The notes under the pieces: model-generated
What the model was told of the DNA's origin: nothing
What the model saw: the letters and a program-made list of their open reading frames with translations, nothing else
Database searches by the model: none
Position numbers and translations under genes: made by a program
Shown here: one piece after another, positions 1 through 9,069 of the stretch
Layout of the letters: the number at the start of each line of letters is the position of its first letter
Numbering within the stretch: position 1 is the first letter of the stretch
From: Verrucomicrobiota bacterium
GTDB taxonomy: Bacteria > Verrucomicrobiota > Kiritimatiellia > CAIQIC01 > JAGNIJ01
Assembly: GCA_018823105.1 (NCBI GenBank)
Contig: JAHJJH010000282.1
Span: forward strand, 1 to 50,258
DNA length: 50,258 bases
Reading direction: 5' to 3'

Positions 1-29
1 GATCCTGGGCTGCAATAGACAGGGCAGTC

Positions 30-389
30 TCATGACGCCGGGTCTTCCTTGGACCCGAGCCCCGCCTCGTTATCCTCGGCGTACCGGTCCACCACGCTCT
101 TCTCCCAGAGCTTTACCCCCGCGATGTGCGACCCGCGCGCCAGGGCATGCGCGCCGGTCGGCGACGTAATGACAATGAACACGGCGCAGATCAACGCCTT
201 GGCGGCGGCCGCCGGGGAGTGGGTGATCAGCATGACGCCCACCAGGATCAGACAGGTGCCCAGCGTCACGCACTTGGTGGCCGCTTGGAGCCGGTTGTAG
301 ACATCAGGGAGGCGAATCAGCCCGATGCATCCGAACAGGTCGAACAGCACGCCGATGGTTATGACCACAATGCCGGCCACGCTACTCAT
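30..389 (-). CDS. mrpG: Mrp/Mnh-type cation:proton antiporter subunit G
   Basis: 119 aa with about 3 TM helices. LFGCIGLIRLPDVYNRLQAATK matches the conserved MnhG/PhaG N-terminal motif. ATG at 389. It is the last gene of the co-oriented Mrp block. Confidence 0.8.
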   Translation of the reverse strand: MSSVAGIVVITIGVLFDLFGCIGLIRLPDVYNRLQAATKCVTLGTCLILVGVMLITHSPAAAAKALICAVFIVITSPTGAHALARGSHIAGVKLWEKSVVDRYAEDNEAGLGSKEDPAS

Positions 390-651
390 TGAAACCCTTG
401 CCTTCCAAGTGTTTGGCCAGGGCTATGGTGCCGATGAAGCTCACCAGCGCCCACGCGATGGCCACGTTCAATATGTAGTCTTTGCCCGTCGCAATGGATA
501 CCAGGGCGGCGAAGCCGACGACGACGGTCCCCAGGATGTCGATGCCCACCATGCGGTCGGACGACGTCGGGCCCCGGCCGATGCGGTACAGGCACATCCC
601 GCAGCAGAGCAGCAATCCCACCAGGAACAGAATGTACACCACTTCCGGCAT
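382..651 (-). CDS. mrpF: Mrp/Mnh-type antiporter subunit F
   Basis: 89 aa from the ATG at 651, which has AAGGAAG upstream. 3 TM helices and an MnhF-like size and position between E and G. 8-nt overlap with the mrpG start. The longer track start at 717 adds only a charged leader. Confidence 0.7.
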   Translation of the reverse strand: MPEVVYILFLVGLLLCCGMCLYRIGRGPTSSDRMVGIDILGTVVVGFAALVSIATGKDYILNVAIAWALVSFIGTIALAKHLEGKGFNE

Positions 652-689
652 AGACCGCTTCTTCCTTTCCCTTTTCTTCTGCGTCGTCC

Positions 690-1199
690 CTACTCGAAGA
701 TCCTCTGCAGGAACCACTCAAACCGTCCGATGATGCATTCCGACGCCTCGCGTACGCCGGTGGCCCGGACGTTGATCCAGTGGATGTAAAGAAATCCATC
801 GTCGGTCATATCCACCGTCAGCGTGCCCGGGGTGAGCGTGACCGAATTGGCCAGCGCCGTGCGCCCTTCCTGGCTCTTCAGCATCGTCTTGACCTTCACA
901 ATGCCCGGCTCGATGGGCATCGCGGGATGCAGGACCCGGTAGGCGACGTCGAAGTTGGCCTTGACGACGTAGTAGAGGAACACGAACGCGTAGATGATGG
1001 CCCAGAAGTAGCGCACCGGGTTGAGCCAACGCCCGAACCCCGCCGCGGAGATCTCCCGCATGACGACCGCCACGATCAGGGCCACGACCACGCCGACGGC
1101 GATGTCCTGCACCCGGAGCCGACCGGTCACCGGGTCCACGGGCCACACGAGCAGCACCCACAGCAGCAGCGCCAGGATGAAGAGGGGTAGTTTCTTCAT
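690..1199 (-). CDS. mrpE: Mrp/Mnh-type antiporter subunit E
   Basis: 169 aa from the ATG at 1199, in an ATGA overlap with the mrpD stop. Two N-terminal TM helices followed by a soluble part with the VTLTPGT motif typical of MnhE. The remainder of the 616-aa track ORF is an Arg/Gly/Pro-rich shadow frame. Confidence 0.7.
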   Translation of the reverse strand: MKKLPLFILALLLWVLLVWPVDPVTGRLRVQDIAVGVVVALIVAVVMREISAAGFGRWLNPVRYFWAIIYAFVFLYYVVKANFDVAYRVLHPAMPIEPGIVKVKTMLKSQEGRTALANSVTLTPGTLTVDMTDDGFLYIHWINVRATGVREASECIIGRFEWFLQRIFE

Positions 1200-2656
1200 A
1201 GCGTGAAGAACCCTCCGGCAAGAGCGTCCGCCGCCGGCGCGATGAGCAGCGGCGTATCCATGCCCGTGATGATCAGGAACGCCATGCCCACGCAGAGCAC
1301 GGCCAGGATCAGCATGGGCGCGGCCATCAGTCCGGGGATCTGCTGGAGCCGGTCCAGCCCCGCCCGCACCGACCCGAAGAACACGTACCGCTGCACCTTC
1401 AACTGGAAGGACAGCGTCACGAGGCTCATGACCACGGCCGTCACGGCGAGGGCGTAGTGGCCGGACTGCACGCACGCCAGCACGATGATCAGCTTGCTCC
1501 AGAACCCGTTGAAGGGCGGTATGCCCGCGATCGCCATGGAGCCGACCAGCGAGGTGCCGCCGGTGAGCGGCATCACCTTGTTGAGCCCACCGAGCTTCCG
1601 CATGTCGCGCTCCCCCGTGGCGTACTCCACCGCGCCCGCGTTGAGGAAGAGGAGCGACTTGAAGATCGAGTGATTCACCAGGTGGTACAGGCCGCCCACC
1701 AGCCCCAGCGGCGTGCCGAGGCCCAGCCCGAGCACGATGTAGCCCACCTGGCTGATGCTGCTGTAGGCAAAGAGACGCTTGATGTCCCACTGGCCGATCG
1801 CCAGCAGGCCGCCCACGACCATCGACAACACCCCGGCCCAGCGGAGAAGCTGCAGCAGGTTGTCCGTGATGCCGAAGACATTGAAGAGCAGGCGCGCCAG
1901 CACGTAGACCCCGATGGCCTTGATGAGCACGCCGGAGAGCATTGCCGAGATCGGCGCCGGCGCCGCGGGATGCGCGTCCGGCAGCCACGCGTGGAACGGC
2001 ACGAGGGCGGCCTTGAGGCCGAAGCCGCAGAGGAACAGGCTGAGCGCGAACATGAGCGGCGTACTCATTCCCTCGCTGGCGATCTTGGTGGCCACATGGG
2101 CCATGTTGAGCGTGCCCGTCATGCCGTACATGAACGCAATGGCGAGCAGCACGAACGTCGAGGCCACGCTGCCCAGCACGGTATACTTGAAGGCGGCTTC
2201 GAGCTCTTCGTGCTCGCACCCGAACGCCACGAGCGCGTAGGAGGAGATGGAGGCGATTTCCATGAACACGAAGAGGTTGAACATGTCGCCGGTCAGCACC
2301 ACGCCGTTCATGCCCGCCACCATGAAGAGAAAAAGGCTGTAGTAGCGGAACTTCGAGGTGTAGAGCCGCATGTAGTCGACCGAGAACAGCGTGGCCGCCA
2401 GGCCCACGACGTTGACGGCGATGAGCAGCAGCACGCTGAGCCCGTCGAGCCGGAGGTCGATGCCGATCGGCGTTTCCCATCCGCCCATGTGGTAGATTCC
2501 CGTCCGGCCGATGGACGCCAACGCCAGGGCCGTGAGGCACACCATGGTGGCATTGCCCAGCACGTCCGGCGCCCGCGTCAGCTTCCGCGATACCATGGGG
2601 ATGATGAAGGCCATGCCCAGGGGGATCGCGACGAACAATGGAATCATGTTGTTCAT
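1196..2656 (-). CDS. mrpD: MrpD / NuoN-NuoM family proton-translocating antiporter-like subunit
   Basis: 486 aa polytopic protein. Family signatures are FNLFVFMEI, HAWLPDAHPAAPAPISAMLSGVLIK and KRLFAYSSISQVGY. Confidence 0.85.
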   Translation of the reverse strand: MNNMIPLFVAIPLGMAFIIPMVSRKLTRAPDVLGNATMVCLTALALASIGRTGIYHMGGWETPIGIDLRLDGLSVLLLIAVNVVGLAATLFSVDYMRLYTSKFRYYSLFLFMVAGMNGVVLTGDMFNLFVFMEIASISSYALVAFGCEHEELEAAFKYTVLGSVASTFVLLAIAFMYGMTGTLNMAHVATKIASEGMSTPLMFALSLFLCGFGLKAALVPFHAWLPDAHPAAPAPISAMLSGVLIKAIGVYVLARLLFNVFGITDNLLQLLRWAGVLSMVVGGLLAIGQWDIKRLFAYSSISQVGYIVLGLGLGTPLGLVGGLYHLVNHSIFKSLLFLNAGAVEYATGERDMRKLGGLNKVMPLTGGTSLVGSMAIAGIPPFNGFWSKLIIVLACVQSGHYALAVTAVVMSLVTLSFQLKVQRYVFFGSVRAGLDRLQQIPGLMAAPMLILAVLCVGMAFLIITGMDTPLLIAPAADALAGGFFTL

Positions 2657-2672
2657 TCTCGACCGGGGTCGC

Positions 2673-3020
2673 TTACCCCTTCAGCCTCCTCATCTCCGTG
2701 ATATCGAACGTCCCGTACCGCTCGTAGAGCCGGATACAGAGGGCCACCATCAGGGCCAGCACGCCGAGACTGATCACGATGGACGTCAGCACGAGCGCCT
2801 GCGGCAGCGGATCCACCGCGTTGGCCACGAACAGCGAGGCATCGGCGGCCTGGTCCATGATCGGCGGTTCGCCCTTGAACCGGTAGCCCAGCAGGATCAG
2901 GAACAGGTTGACTCCATACTCCATGATCGCCAGGCTGATCACGATCTTGACGATGTTCTTCTTGACGACGACCCCGTACAGGCCGATCGCAATCAGCACG
3001 AAACAGAGTGAATAGATCAT
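2673..3020 (-). CDS. mrpC: MrpC / NuoK-like small membrane subunit
   Basis: 115 aa from the ATG at 3020, in an ATGA overlap with the upstream stop. 3 TM helices with a glutamate in the membrane (IMEYGVNLFLILLGY), as in MnhC/NuoK. Confidence 0.8.
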   Translation of the reverse strand: MIYSLCFVLIAIGLYGVVVKKNIVKIVISLAIMEYGVNLFLILLGYRFKGEPPIMDQAADASLFVANAVDPLPQALVLTSIVISLGVLALMVALCIRLYERYGTFDITEMRRLKG

Positions 3021-3517
3021 GACTCGTCCTTCCCGCGTCGTACGAGATCCCGCTTGCCGTCCTGTCGCACGGTTACGTGCAGGGCGGACAGCATCGCAAA
3101 AACGAGGAACAGGGACACCCCTACCTTGATCCCGATGCCGATGTTGCACGGGAGAATCACGCCGGCGCTGAAGAGGTGGAACTGCGCCGCCTCGGGGGTC
3201 GCAATGATATTCTTGAAGAAGACCTGGGCCACCACCAGCCCGGCCACGGCGACCCCCAGGAAGATCAGGGCCCCCACGCTGTCCAGCTCCGCGGCCACGG
3301 CCGGATTGAGCGTCTTGGAAGCCACCCGCTGCCCCTCCGCCAGCGTCAGCAGGATGAAGGCGCAGGCGATGATCACGCCGCCGGCGAATCCGCCGCCCGG
3401 GGTCAGGTGTCCGTACAGGACAATGTAAATCCCGTACAGCAGGATGAACCCCTCGACCCAACGGGTCACCGTTTTCACGATGACGCTCATCCCTTCTCTG
3501 GAAGAACGGCCGTTCAT
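3017..3517 (-). CDS. mrpB: MnhB-domain (MrpB-like) membrane subunit
   Basis: 166 aa. GHLTPGGGFAGGVI is the MnhB-domain signature. 4 TM helices. ATGA overlaps at both ends. Confidence 0.7.
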   Translation of the reverse strand: MNGRSSREGMSVIVKTVTRWVEGFILLYGIYIVLYGHLTPGGGFAGGVIIACAFILLTLAEGQRVASKTLNPAVAAELDSVGALIFLGVAVAGLVVAQVFFKNIIATPEAAQFHLFSAGVILPCNIGIGIKVGVSLFLVFAMLSALHVTVRQDGKRDLVRRGKDES

Positions 3518-4083
3518 GCGCTCTCCGATTCCTTGTCCGCTTCCGCCTGTTTCTTGCGCGCCTTCCGCCGCAGGATGGTCAGCGCGCCCAGGATCGAGCA
3601 GAACAGGATCGTGGCTTCGCCCAGGGTGTCATAGCCCCGGAAATCCAGCAGGATGGCCGTGACGATGTTCGCGGCGCCCGTCTTGGCCAGCCCCTGCTCC
3701 AGATAGGTCGTGGACGGCGCCCCGGCCACGCGGTCCATCACGGCCACCCCGAAGGGCGGGAACTGCTCGAACATATGGACGCTCAGGACGGCCACGGCCA
3801 GCACGGCCGCCACCGTCACGATCATGCCGAACAACTCGCGGTCGCCCGTGATGGTGGTCAGATCACGACTGATCGTGGCCCGTATGAGCACGACCAGGAC
3901 CAGGATCTCGACCACGATCTGCGTGATGGCGATGTCCGGCGCGCCGAGGAAAAGGAACACGATCGACAGCAGGAAGCCCACCGCGCCCACGCTGATGATG
4001 GAAGAAAGCAGGTTCGAGGTCTCGATGGCCACCAGCGCGCCCACGATCATCAGCAGCAGCAGTATGATCAGCAGTTCCGACAT
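3514..4083 (-). CDS. MrpA C-terminal-like membrane subunit (DUF4040 / MbhD-MbhE type)
   Basis: 189 aa with about 5 TM helices. The LLDFRGYDTLGEATI motif is found in the MrpA C-terminal region and in MbhE. It sits between the NuoL-like and MnhB-like genes, as in split Mrp modules of Mbh-type complexes. Confidence 0.6.
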   Translation of the reverse strand: MSELLIILLLLMIVGALVAIETSNLLSSIISVGAVGFLLSIVFLFLGAPDIAITQIVVEILVLVVLIRATISRDLTTITGDRELFGMIVTVAAVLAVAVLSVHMFEQFPPFGVAVMDRVAGAPSTTYLEQGLAKTGAANIVTAILLDFRGYDTLGEATILFCSILGALTILRRKARKKQAEADKESESA

Positions 4084-4084
4084 G

Positions 4085-5947
4085 TTAACCCCACAGCCTC
4101 ATCAACATATACAGGATGACCAGCAGGCCCGCCATAACCCAGGTCAGGTAGACCGGAAGCAGGCCCGCGTGCGCCTTGCGCAGCGCTTCGATGAAATACA
4201 TGGCAGTTCCCCGGCCCACGTCGTAGATGTCGAACACCTTCTTTGCGGCCAGATCGTACATCTTGTGGATCAACGGCAGGTCCTGGATGGTCTGATAGAA
4301 ATCGACCCCGGTTACTTCCACGTCGCGGCTCGGTCCGCGCGCCACGCCCTGGATGTAGGGTTCGCTCATGACCTCGCCGCCGATATACGGCTGGCACGTG
4401 CGCACCTTCCGCGCGCTGGTCAGGAAGTACAGGACCAGGCCCAGGGCAATGCCCGCCAGCAGCATGACGGTCGCCGGTCCCGCCCCCCACACGCCCGTGA
4501 AGTCCACGGAGGCTCCGATGGCGGGACGGATCAGATACGGAAGCGGCAGGTGGTGGACCAGGACGCCGAAAGCCACGCAGGTCGCCGCCAGTATGGTCGT
4601 GGGCAGCCACATGGTGAACCCCACCTCGCGAACGTTCTTGCGCGCCACGTCCGGCGAGGCTTTGCGCAGGAACGCGGCGTGCAGCACCTTGACGAAGCTC
4701 GCGAGCGTCAGCGCCGAGCCGAGCATGGCCGCCACCAGCCATATGACCCACAGGCGCCCGCCCCGGCCGCCTTCGATGATGCCCTGGTACACCATCCATT
4801 TCGACGCGAACCCGTTCAGCGGCGGGATGCCCGAGATGGACAACGCCGCCACCACGAACGCCGCGAACGTCAGGGGCATGGCCTTTCCCAACCCGCCCAG
4901 CCGGTCCAGGTCCGTGGTCCCCGTCTGCTTCTCCACCGCGCCCGCGCAGAGGAACAGGGCGGACTTGTAGATCGCGTTGTTCAGCATGTGGAACAAGCCG
5001 CCCGCAATGCCGACCGCCGTGCCGGACGCGATGCCGAGCACCATATAGCCGACCTGGCTCACGGCGTGGTAGGACAGCAGGCGCTTCATGTCGTGCTGGA
5101 CCAGGGCCATCATGACCGCGAACAGCACCGTGACAGCGCCGATGAGCATCAGCAAGCCTTTCATCAGGCCGTCGAGCGTGAACAGGTCGACGACCACCCG
5201 GACCAGTAGGTAGATGCCGAGCAGCTTGTCGAGCGAGGCCGGGAGCAGCGCGGCCACGGGGACGGGGGCCTTCTCGCCGCAATCCGGGACCCAGCTGTGC
5301 AGGGGCATGGCCCCGGCCTTTGCGAAGGCCGCCGCCACGAACGACAGGAAGGCCACGTACGCGACGCGACTCCCGAGCGCCATGGCCGGGCCGTCCATGC
5401 GCGTCGAGCCCGTCTTGACCCACACCAGCACGACGCCGAGCATCAGGATGCAGTCCGAGCCGCCGATGATGATGAAGCTCTTCTTGGCCGCGTCCGCGGC
5501 GTCCGGCCCCGCGATCCCGATCAGCAGGTAGAGCGTGATGCCCAGGAACCCCCACAGGATCAGCAGCAGGACCAGGTCGTTCGCCATCACCGCGCCCAGC
5601 GACGCGCCGAGCGTCCACAGAACGTACGCGTAGTACTCCCGGAGCCTCGCCTTGCCCTTCATGAAGCCGACCGAGTACACCGTGATCAGAAGACCGAAGA
5701 CCGCGGTGGCCAGCAGCACGAACGCGCTCAATCCGTCGATCCGCAGGCTGACCCACCCCGCCAGATCGGCCACCTGGTTCCCGCCGCGGAACACGGGCCA
5801 CACCGCGACCAGCGTAAGCGCCGCGGCCACGACGGCGACGAACCCGCGCACCCGGTCGAGTGCTTTCGGCAGCAGGAGGCACAGGAAGCCTGCGATCACC
5901 GGGATGGTTACCGGCAGCACCATAGGATTCAGCAGCACGTCCAGCAT
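4085..5947 (-). CDS. NuoL/MrpA/MbhH-like antiporter-type subunit of the membrane-bound hydrogenase
   Basis: 620 aa polytopic protein. Signatures are HSWVPDCGEKAPVPVAALLPASLDKLLGIYLL and KRLLSYHAVSQVGYMVLG (NADH-quinone oxidoreductase chain 5 / MrpA family). Its start is 2 nt from the large-subunit stop. Confidence 0.85.
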   Translation of the reverse strand: MLDVLLNPMVLPVTIPVIAGFLCLLLPKALDRVRGFVAVVAAALTLVAVWPVFRGGNQVADLAGWVSLRIDGLSAFVLLATAVFGLLITVYSVGFMKGKARLREYYAYVLWTLGASLGAVMANDLVLLLILWGFLGITLYLLIGIAGPDAADAAKKSFIIIGGSDCILMLGVVLVWVKTGSTRMDGPAMALGSRVAYVAFLSFVAAAFAKAGAMPLHSWVPDCGEKAPVPVAALLPASLDKLLGIYLLVRVVVDLFTLDGLMKGLLMLIGAVTVLFAVMMALVQHDMKRLLSYHAVSQVGYMVLGIASGTAVGIAGGLFHMLNNAIYKSALFLCAGAVEKQTGTTDLDRLGGLGKAMPLTFAAFVVAALSISGIPPLNGFASKWMVYQGIIEGGRGGRLWVIWLVAAMLGSALTLASFVKVLHAAFLRKASPDVARKNVREVGFTMWLPTTILAATCVAFGVLVHHLPLPYLIRPAIGASVDFTGVWGAGPATVMLLAGIALGLVLYFLTSARKVRTCQPYIGGEVMSEPYIQGVARGPSRDVEVTGVDFYQTIQDLPLIHKMYDLAAKKVFDIYDVGRGTAMYFIEALRKAHAGLLPVYLTWVMAGLLVILYMLMRLWG

Positions 5948-5948
5948 C

Positions 5949-7169
5949 CTATCGCTCCAGCTTCAGCTTCGGGCCTTCGTGCCCCAGTTCCTTCTTCAGG
6001 CGCTCGGTTTTCTCCTGCGAAAGCCGGATAAGCTCCTGTGACGACAACACCTTCCTCCCCGTGCCGGCGTCCACGACCGCCATGCGCTCGGTGCAGCAGT
6101 AGCACGGGTCCACCGCCGCCAGGATAATCGTCGCGTCGGCCACGGTCTCGCCCAGCACGGCCACGCGATTCGAAACGACGTTCATGAAGCTCGGCGCGCG
6201 GACCTTGTGGCGCGCGGGCCGGTTCGAGCCGTCGCTGCGGATGTAATGGAACACCTCGCCGCGGGGCGCCTCGTAGTGGCCGATGCCCTCGCCGGGTTTC
6301 ACTTCCTTGGGATTCGAGTCCACGGGGCCCGGAACGGTCTTCAGCTTTTCCAGGCATTGCTCGATGATCCTGATGGACTCGAACATCTCCAGGACACGCA
6401 CGATGGCCTTGTCGTACACATCCCCGTGCTGCATCACGACCACGTCCCAGTCCACGAGCCCGTAGGCCGCGTGCGGGTGGTCCCTGCGCACGTCGATCGC
6501 GACGCCGGAGGCCCTAGCGGTCGGGCCGACCACGCAGTAGTCGATCGCCTGCGCCTTCGTCAGCACCCCCACACCTTCCGTGCGGGCATGGATCAGCGGA
6601 TCGTCGATCACCGCCCCCTTGAACAGGTTGATCGGACCCTTCAACCCGTCCAGCATCTTCCGAATGGCGGGGAGATCCTCGGCCTTGATGTCGCGGCGCA
6701 CGCCGCCGGGCTTCATCATGGCGTAGTGGTTGCGGTTCCCCGAGATCAGCTCCAGGATATCGAGCACATCTTCGCGGTACCGCCACGACCACATCCAGAC
6801 GGTGTTGAACCCGAGGAAGTGACCGGCCAGCCCGAGCCACAGCAGATGCGAGTGAATGCGCTCCAGTTCGCCGATCGTCGAGCGGATATAGAGCGCCCGT
6901 TCCGGGACCTCGATGTCCCCCGCGTCCTCGACGGCCTGCACACAGGCAATCGGGTGTGAGCATGAGCAGATGCCGCAGATGCGCTCAACGAGGAACACCG
7001 TCTCCTCGAAGGTCTTCGATTCCGAGAGCTTCTCGATGCCCCGGTGGTTGTAGCCGAGCTCGATGTCCAGATGGACCACCTTCTCGCCCTCGACGTGAAG
7101 CTTGAAGAACTCCGGCTCTTCCTGGAGCGCGTGATAGGGTCCGATGGGTACTATGGTTGTCTTCGCCAT
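5949..7169 (-). CDS. [NiFe]-hydrogenase large subunit, group 4 (NuoD/MbhL/HycE-like)
   Basis: 406 aa. Both NiFe-ligand CxxC pairs are present: N-terminal RICGICSCSH and C-terminal DPCYCCTER. The NuoD-like core shows the GPYH and EAPRGE motifs. It is flanked by NuoC-, NuoB-, NuoH- and NuoL-like genes. A 44-aa tail follows the C-terminal motif. Confidence 0.9.
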   Translation of the reverse strand: MAKTTIVPIGPYHALQEEPEFFKLHVEGEKVVHLDIELGYNHRGIEKLSESKTFEETVFLVERICGICSCSHPIACVQAVEDAGDIEVPERALYIRSTIGELERIHSHLLWLGLAGHFLGFNTVWMWSWRYREDVLDILELISGNRNHYAMMKPGGVRRDIKAEDLPAIRKMLDGLKGPINLFKGAVIDDPLIHARTEGVGVLTKAQAIDYCVVGPTARASGVAIDVRRDHPHAAYGLVDWDVVVMQHGDVYDKAIVRVLEMFESIRIIEQCLEKLKTVPGPVDSNPKEVKPGEGIGHYEAPRGEVFHYIRSDGSNRPARHKVRAPSFMNVVSNRVAVLGETVADATIILAAVDPCYCCTERMAVVDAGTGRKVLSSQELIRLSQEKTERLKKELGHEGPKLKLER

Positions 7170-7176
7170 GTGCTCA

Positions 7177-7620
7177 CTACTTCTCGTAGTCCCTTCTCAG
7201 CGGGTACTTGCCCTCGGGCCAGTTGTCATCGAGCAGCAGGTGCCTCAGGTCCGGGTGATTCTTGAAGTGAACGCCCAGCAGCTCCCACATTTCCCGCTCG
7301 ATCCATTCCGTACCGGTGCAGATGGACGAGACGGATTCGATCTCCGGATGCTCGCGATCCAGCTTCGTGCGGATCGTGACCACAAAACCCTGCTGGTCGA
7401 ACGCCCAATGATAGAGGATTTCGATCGCCGTCGGCGTGTCGACGCCCGACGCGATCTGGAACCGCGCCCCAAGTTCCTTGTGGATCAGGCGCGTGGCCTC
7501 CGGAACGTCCTCGGGCCGCACCTCGACGTAGTAGCGCTTGGCCGATTTCTCGTGGAAATCCACGATCTTCGCGCCCAGGCGCTCTTTGATCTGCGCCACG
7601 ATTTCTTCGCGCGTCATCAT
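7177..7620 (-). CDS. NuoC/MbhK-like hydrogenase subunit
   Basis: 147 aa. The ERE.WE..G-type motif (IEREMWELLGVHFKNHPDLR) is typical of the NuoC / HycE N-terminal domain family. Confidence 0.8.
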   Translation of the reverse strand: MMTREEIVAQIKERLGAKIVDFHEKSAKRYYVEVRPEDVPEATRLIHKELGARFQIASGVDTPTAIEILYHWAFDQQGFVVTIRTKLDREHPEIESVSSICTGTEWIEREMWELLGVHFKNHPDLRHLLLDDNWPEGKYPLRRDYEK

Positions 7621-7629
7621 GCAACCTTC

Positions 7630-7707
7630 GATGTAGCGGCGCGTGTGTCACGCGCCGAATGATCTCCGCGTCTCACCTTCTGCGCGTGTCACACGCGCAG
7701 CTACATC
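7630..7707. repeat. 78-bp intra-operon palindromic element (27-nt imperfect inverted repeat containing two 8-bp-stem hairpins)
   Basis: Left arm gatgtagcggcgcgtgtgtcacgcgcc (7630-7656). Right arm tgcgcgtgtcacacgcgcagctacatc (7681-7707). The reverse complement of the right arm differs from the left arm at 3 positions. Each arm is also self-complementary (ggcgcgtg-tgt-cacgcgcc and tgcgcgtg-tca-cacgcgca). Confidence 0.8.
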
Positions 7708-7713
7708 ATTTGT

Positions 7714-8136
7714 TCATCCGCCTCTTAGTTTCCCAATCAGCTTCACGATCGCCGAAATCATCGCCTCGGGCTTCGGCGGACACCCCCCCACGTACGCGTC
7801 GATCGGGATATACTCGCCCGGCGGCACATCCCAGTTGTAGGAGTCCCTGAACATCAGCCCCGTGGCCGGGCAGCCGCCGATCCCCACGACCACGATGGGC
7901 TTGGGCGCCTGCTCGTAGAGGTGCTTCAGCCGGACCGCGGACTTCTTGTTGAAAATGCCCGAGAGGAGCAGCACATCCGCGTGCTTGATGCTGCCGACCA
8001 GCGTAATACCGAACCTTTCCACGTCGTACCGCGGCGTCAGCACGTCGAGGATCTCGATATCGCAGTTGTTGCATGCGCTTCCCGCCACGTGGAAAACGTT
8101 CAGCGACCTCGTCAGAGCCTGGATGGCAAAACTCAT
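7714..8136 (-). CDS. [NiFe]-hydrogenase small subunit, group 4 (NuoB/MbhJ-like)
   Basis: 140 aa. The single proximal 4Fe-4S ligand pattern is present: GSACNNCDIE, GGCPATG and GGCPPKPE. Confidence 0.85.
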   Translation of the reverse strand: MSFAIQALTRSLNVFHVAGSACNNCDIEILDVLTPRYDVERFGITLVGSIKHADVLLLSGIFNKKSAVRLKHLYEQAPKPIVVVGIGGCPATGLMFRDSYNWDVPPGEYIPIDAYVGGCPPKPEAMISAIVKLIGKLRGG

Positions 8137-8140
8137 CTTG

Positions 8141-9067
8141 TCACCAACCCATAAACGCCAGGACCACCGCCGCCAGCGCCACGACGGTCACGGGTCCCCA
8201 GAAAAATTTGACGGCCTGGTCGATCCGCATCCTCGGCGCCGTGTTCCGTATCAGCACGATGACCACGACCAGGCCCACATACTTGAGGATGCCCAGCACG
8301 ATGTCGAGCCATCCCGTGCCGAACCGGATCCCGCCGCAGTACAACGCGACGAGGAACATCGGCATCGTGAACAGCATCATCGCGCGCGTCAGCTTGAACA
8401 GGCCGAGCGGCGGTCCTGAATACTCGATGTAGGCGCCCCCCGTCAACTCGGTCTCCGCCTCCGGCGCATCGAAGGGCACCAGCGTCAGCTTCGCCTGCAT
8501 GCAGAGCATGGCCACCAGGAGGGCCAGCACGCCCGAGGGCGCCGCGACGGCCGGCGATGCGGACAGGATGTCCCCCATGCGGATGCTCTGCGCGTGGATC
8601 ACGGGCACCAGGGCGGCGAGGACGAACGGCAGCTCGTAGCCCATCACCAGCTTCATCTCGCGGCTGCCGCCGACCGAAGCCAGCGGGTTGCAGGACGCGA
8701 AGGAGCCCAGGATCACCGCCAGCGCGGGCATGGTCAGCAGGTAGATCAGCACGATCAGATCGCCCGCGAACGTCTCGGACGGCACCATCAACGCGCGCCA
8801 CAGGATCGTCGAGGCGGCGCTCACGGCGGCCAGCCCGATCAGCGGCGCCGAGAGGAACAGCCAGGCCGGCGCGCCGGCCGGCACCGTGGTCTCCTTGATC
8901 ATGTACTTGACGATGTCGTAGAACGGCTGCAGGAAGGGCGGGCCCACGCGCATCTGCACCCGCGCGGTCACCTTCCGGTCGATCCAACTCGTCACCAGGC
9001 CGACGACCGCGGTGAAGAGCATCCCCGGGAAGACCAGGTACTGAACTATGATGTCGCCGTAGTACAT
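8141..9067 (-). CDS. NuoH/MbhM/HycD-like membrane subunit
   Basis: 308 aa from the ATG at 9067. RKVTARVQMRVGPP matches the NuoH-family N-terminal signature. About 8 TM helices. The upstream portion of the 460-aa track ORF overlaps the ferredoxin gene in another frame. Confidence 0.85.
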   Translation of the reverse strand: MYYGDIIVQYLVFPGMLFTAVVGLVTSWIDRKVTARVQMRVGPPFLQPFYDIVKYMIKETTVPAGAPAWLFLSAPLIGLAAVSAASTILWRALMVPSETFAGDLIVLIYLLTMPALAVILGSFASCNPLASVGGSREMKLVMGYELPFVLAALVPVIHAQSIRMGDILSASPAVAAPSGVLALLVAMLCMQAKLTLVPFDAPEAETELTGGAYIEYSGPPLGLFKLTRAMMLFTMPMFLVALYCGGIRFGTGWLDIVLGILKYVGLVVVIVLIRNTAPRMRIDQAVKFFWGPVTVVALAAVVLAFMGW

Positions 9068-9069
9068 GT

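Noticed and set aside
690-5882. Long ORFs overlapping the Mrp/NuoL-like genes: the upstream part of 690-2540 (-), 1457-2701 (+), 3710-5209 (+) and 4068-5882 (-).
   Set aside because: Their translations are Arg/Gly/Pro/His-rich low-complexity strings typical of off-frame or antisense reading of high-GC genes. Each is fully overlapped by a frame with clear membrane-protein signatures.
5949-9067. Possibility that the NuoB/C/D/H/L-like genes are respiratory complex I or an MBS/MBX-type sulfane reductase rather than a hydrogenase.
   Set aside because: The NuoD-like protein retains all four NiFe-ligand cysteines (CGIC and CYCC), and a maturation protease and hyp genes are nearby. No NuoA/E/F/G/I/J genes are present. 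This is judged from motifs only.
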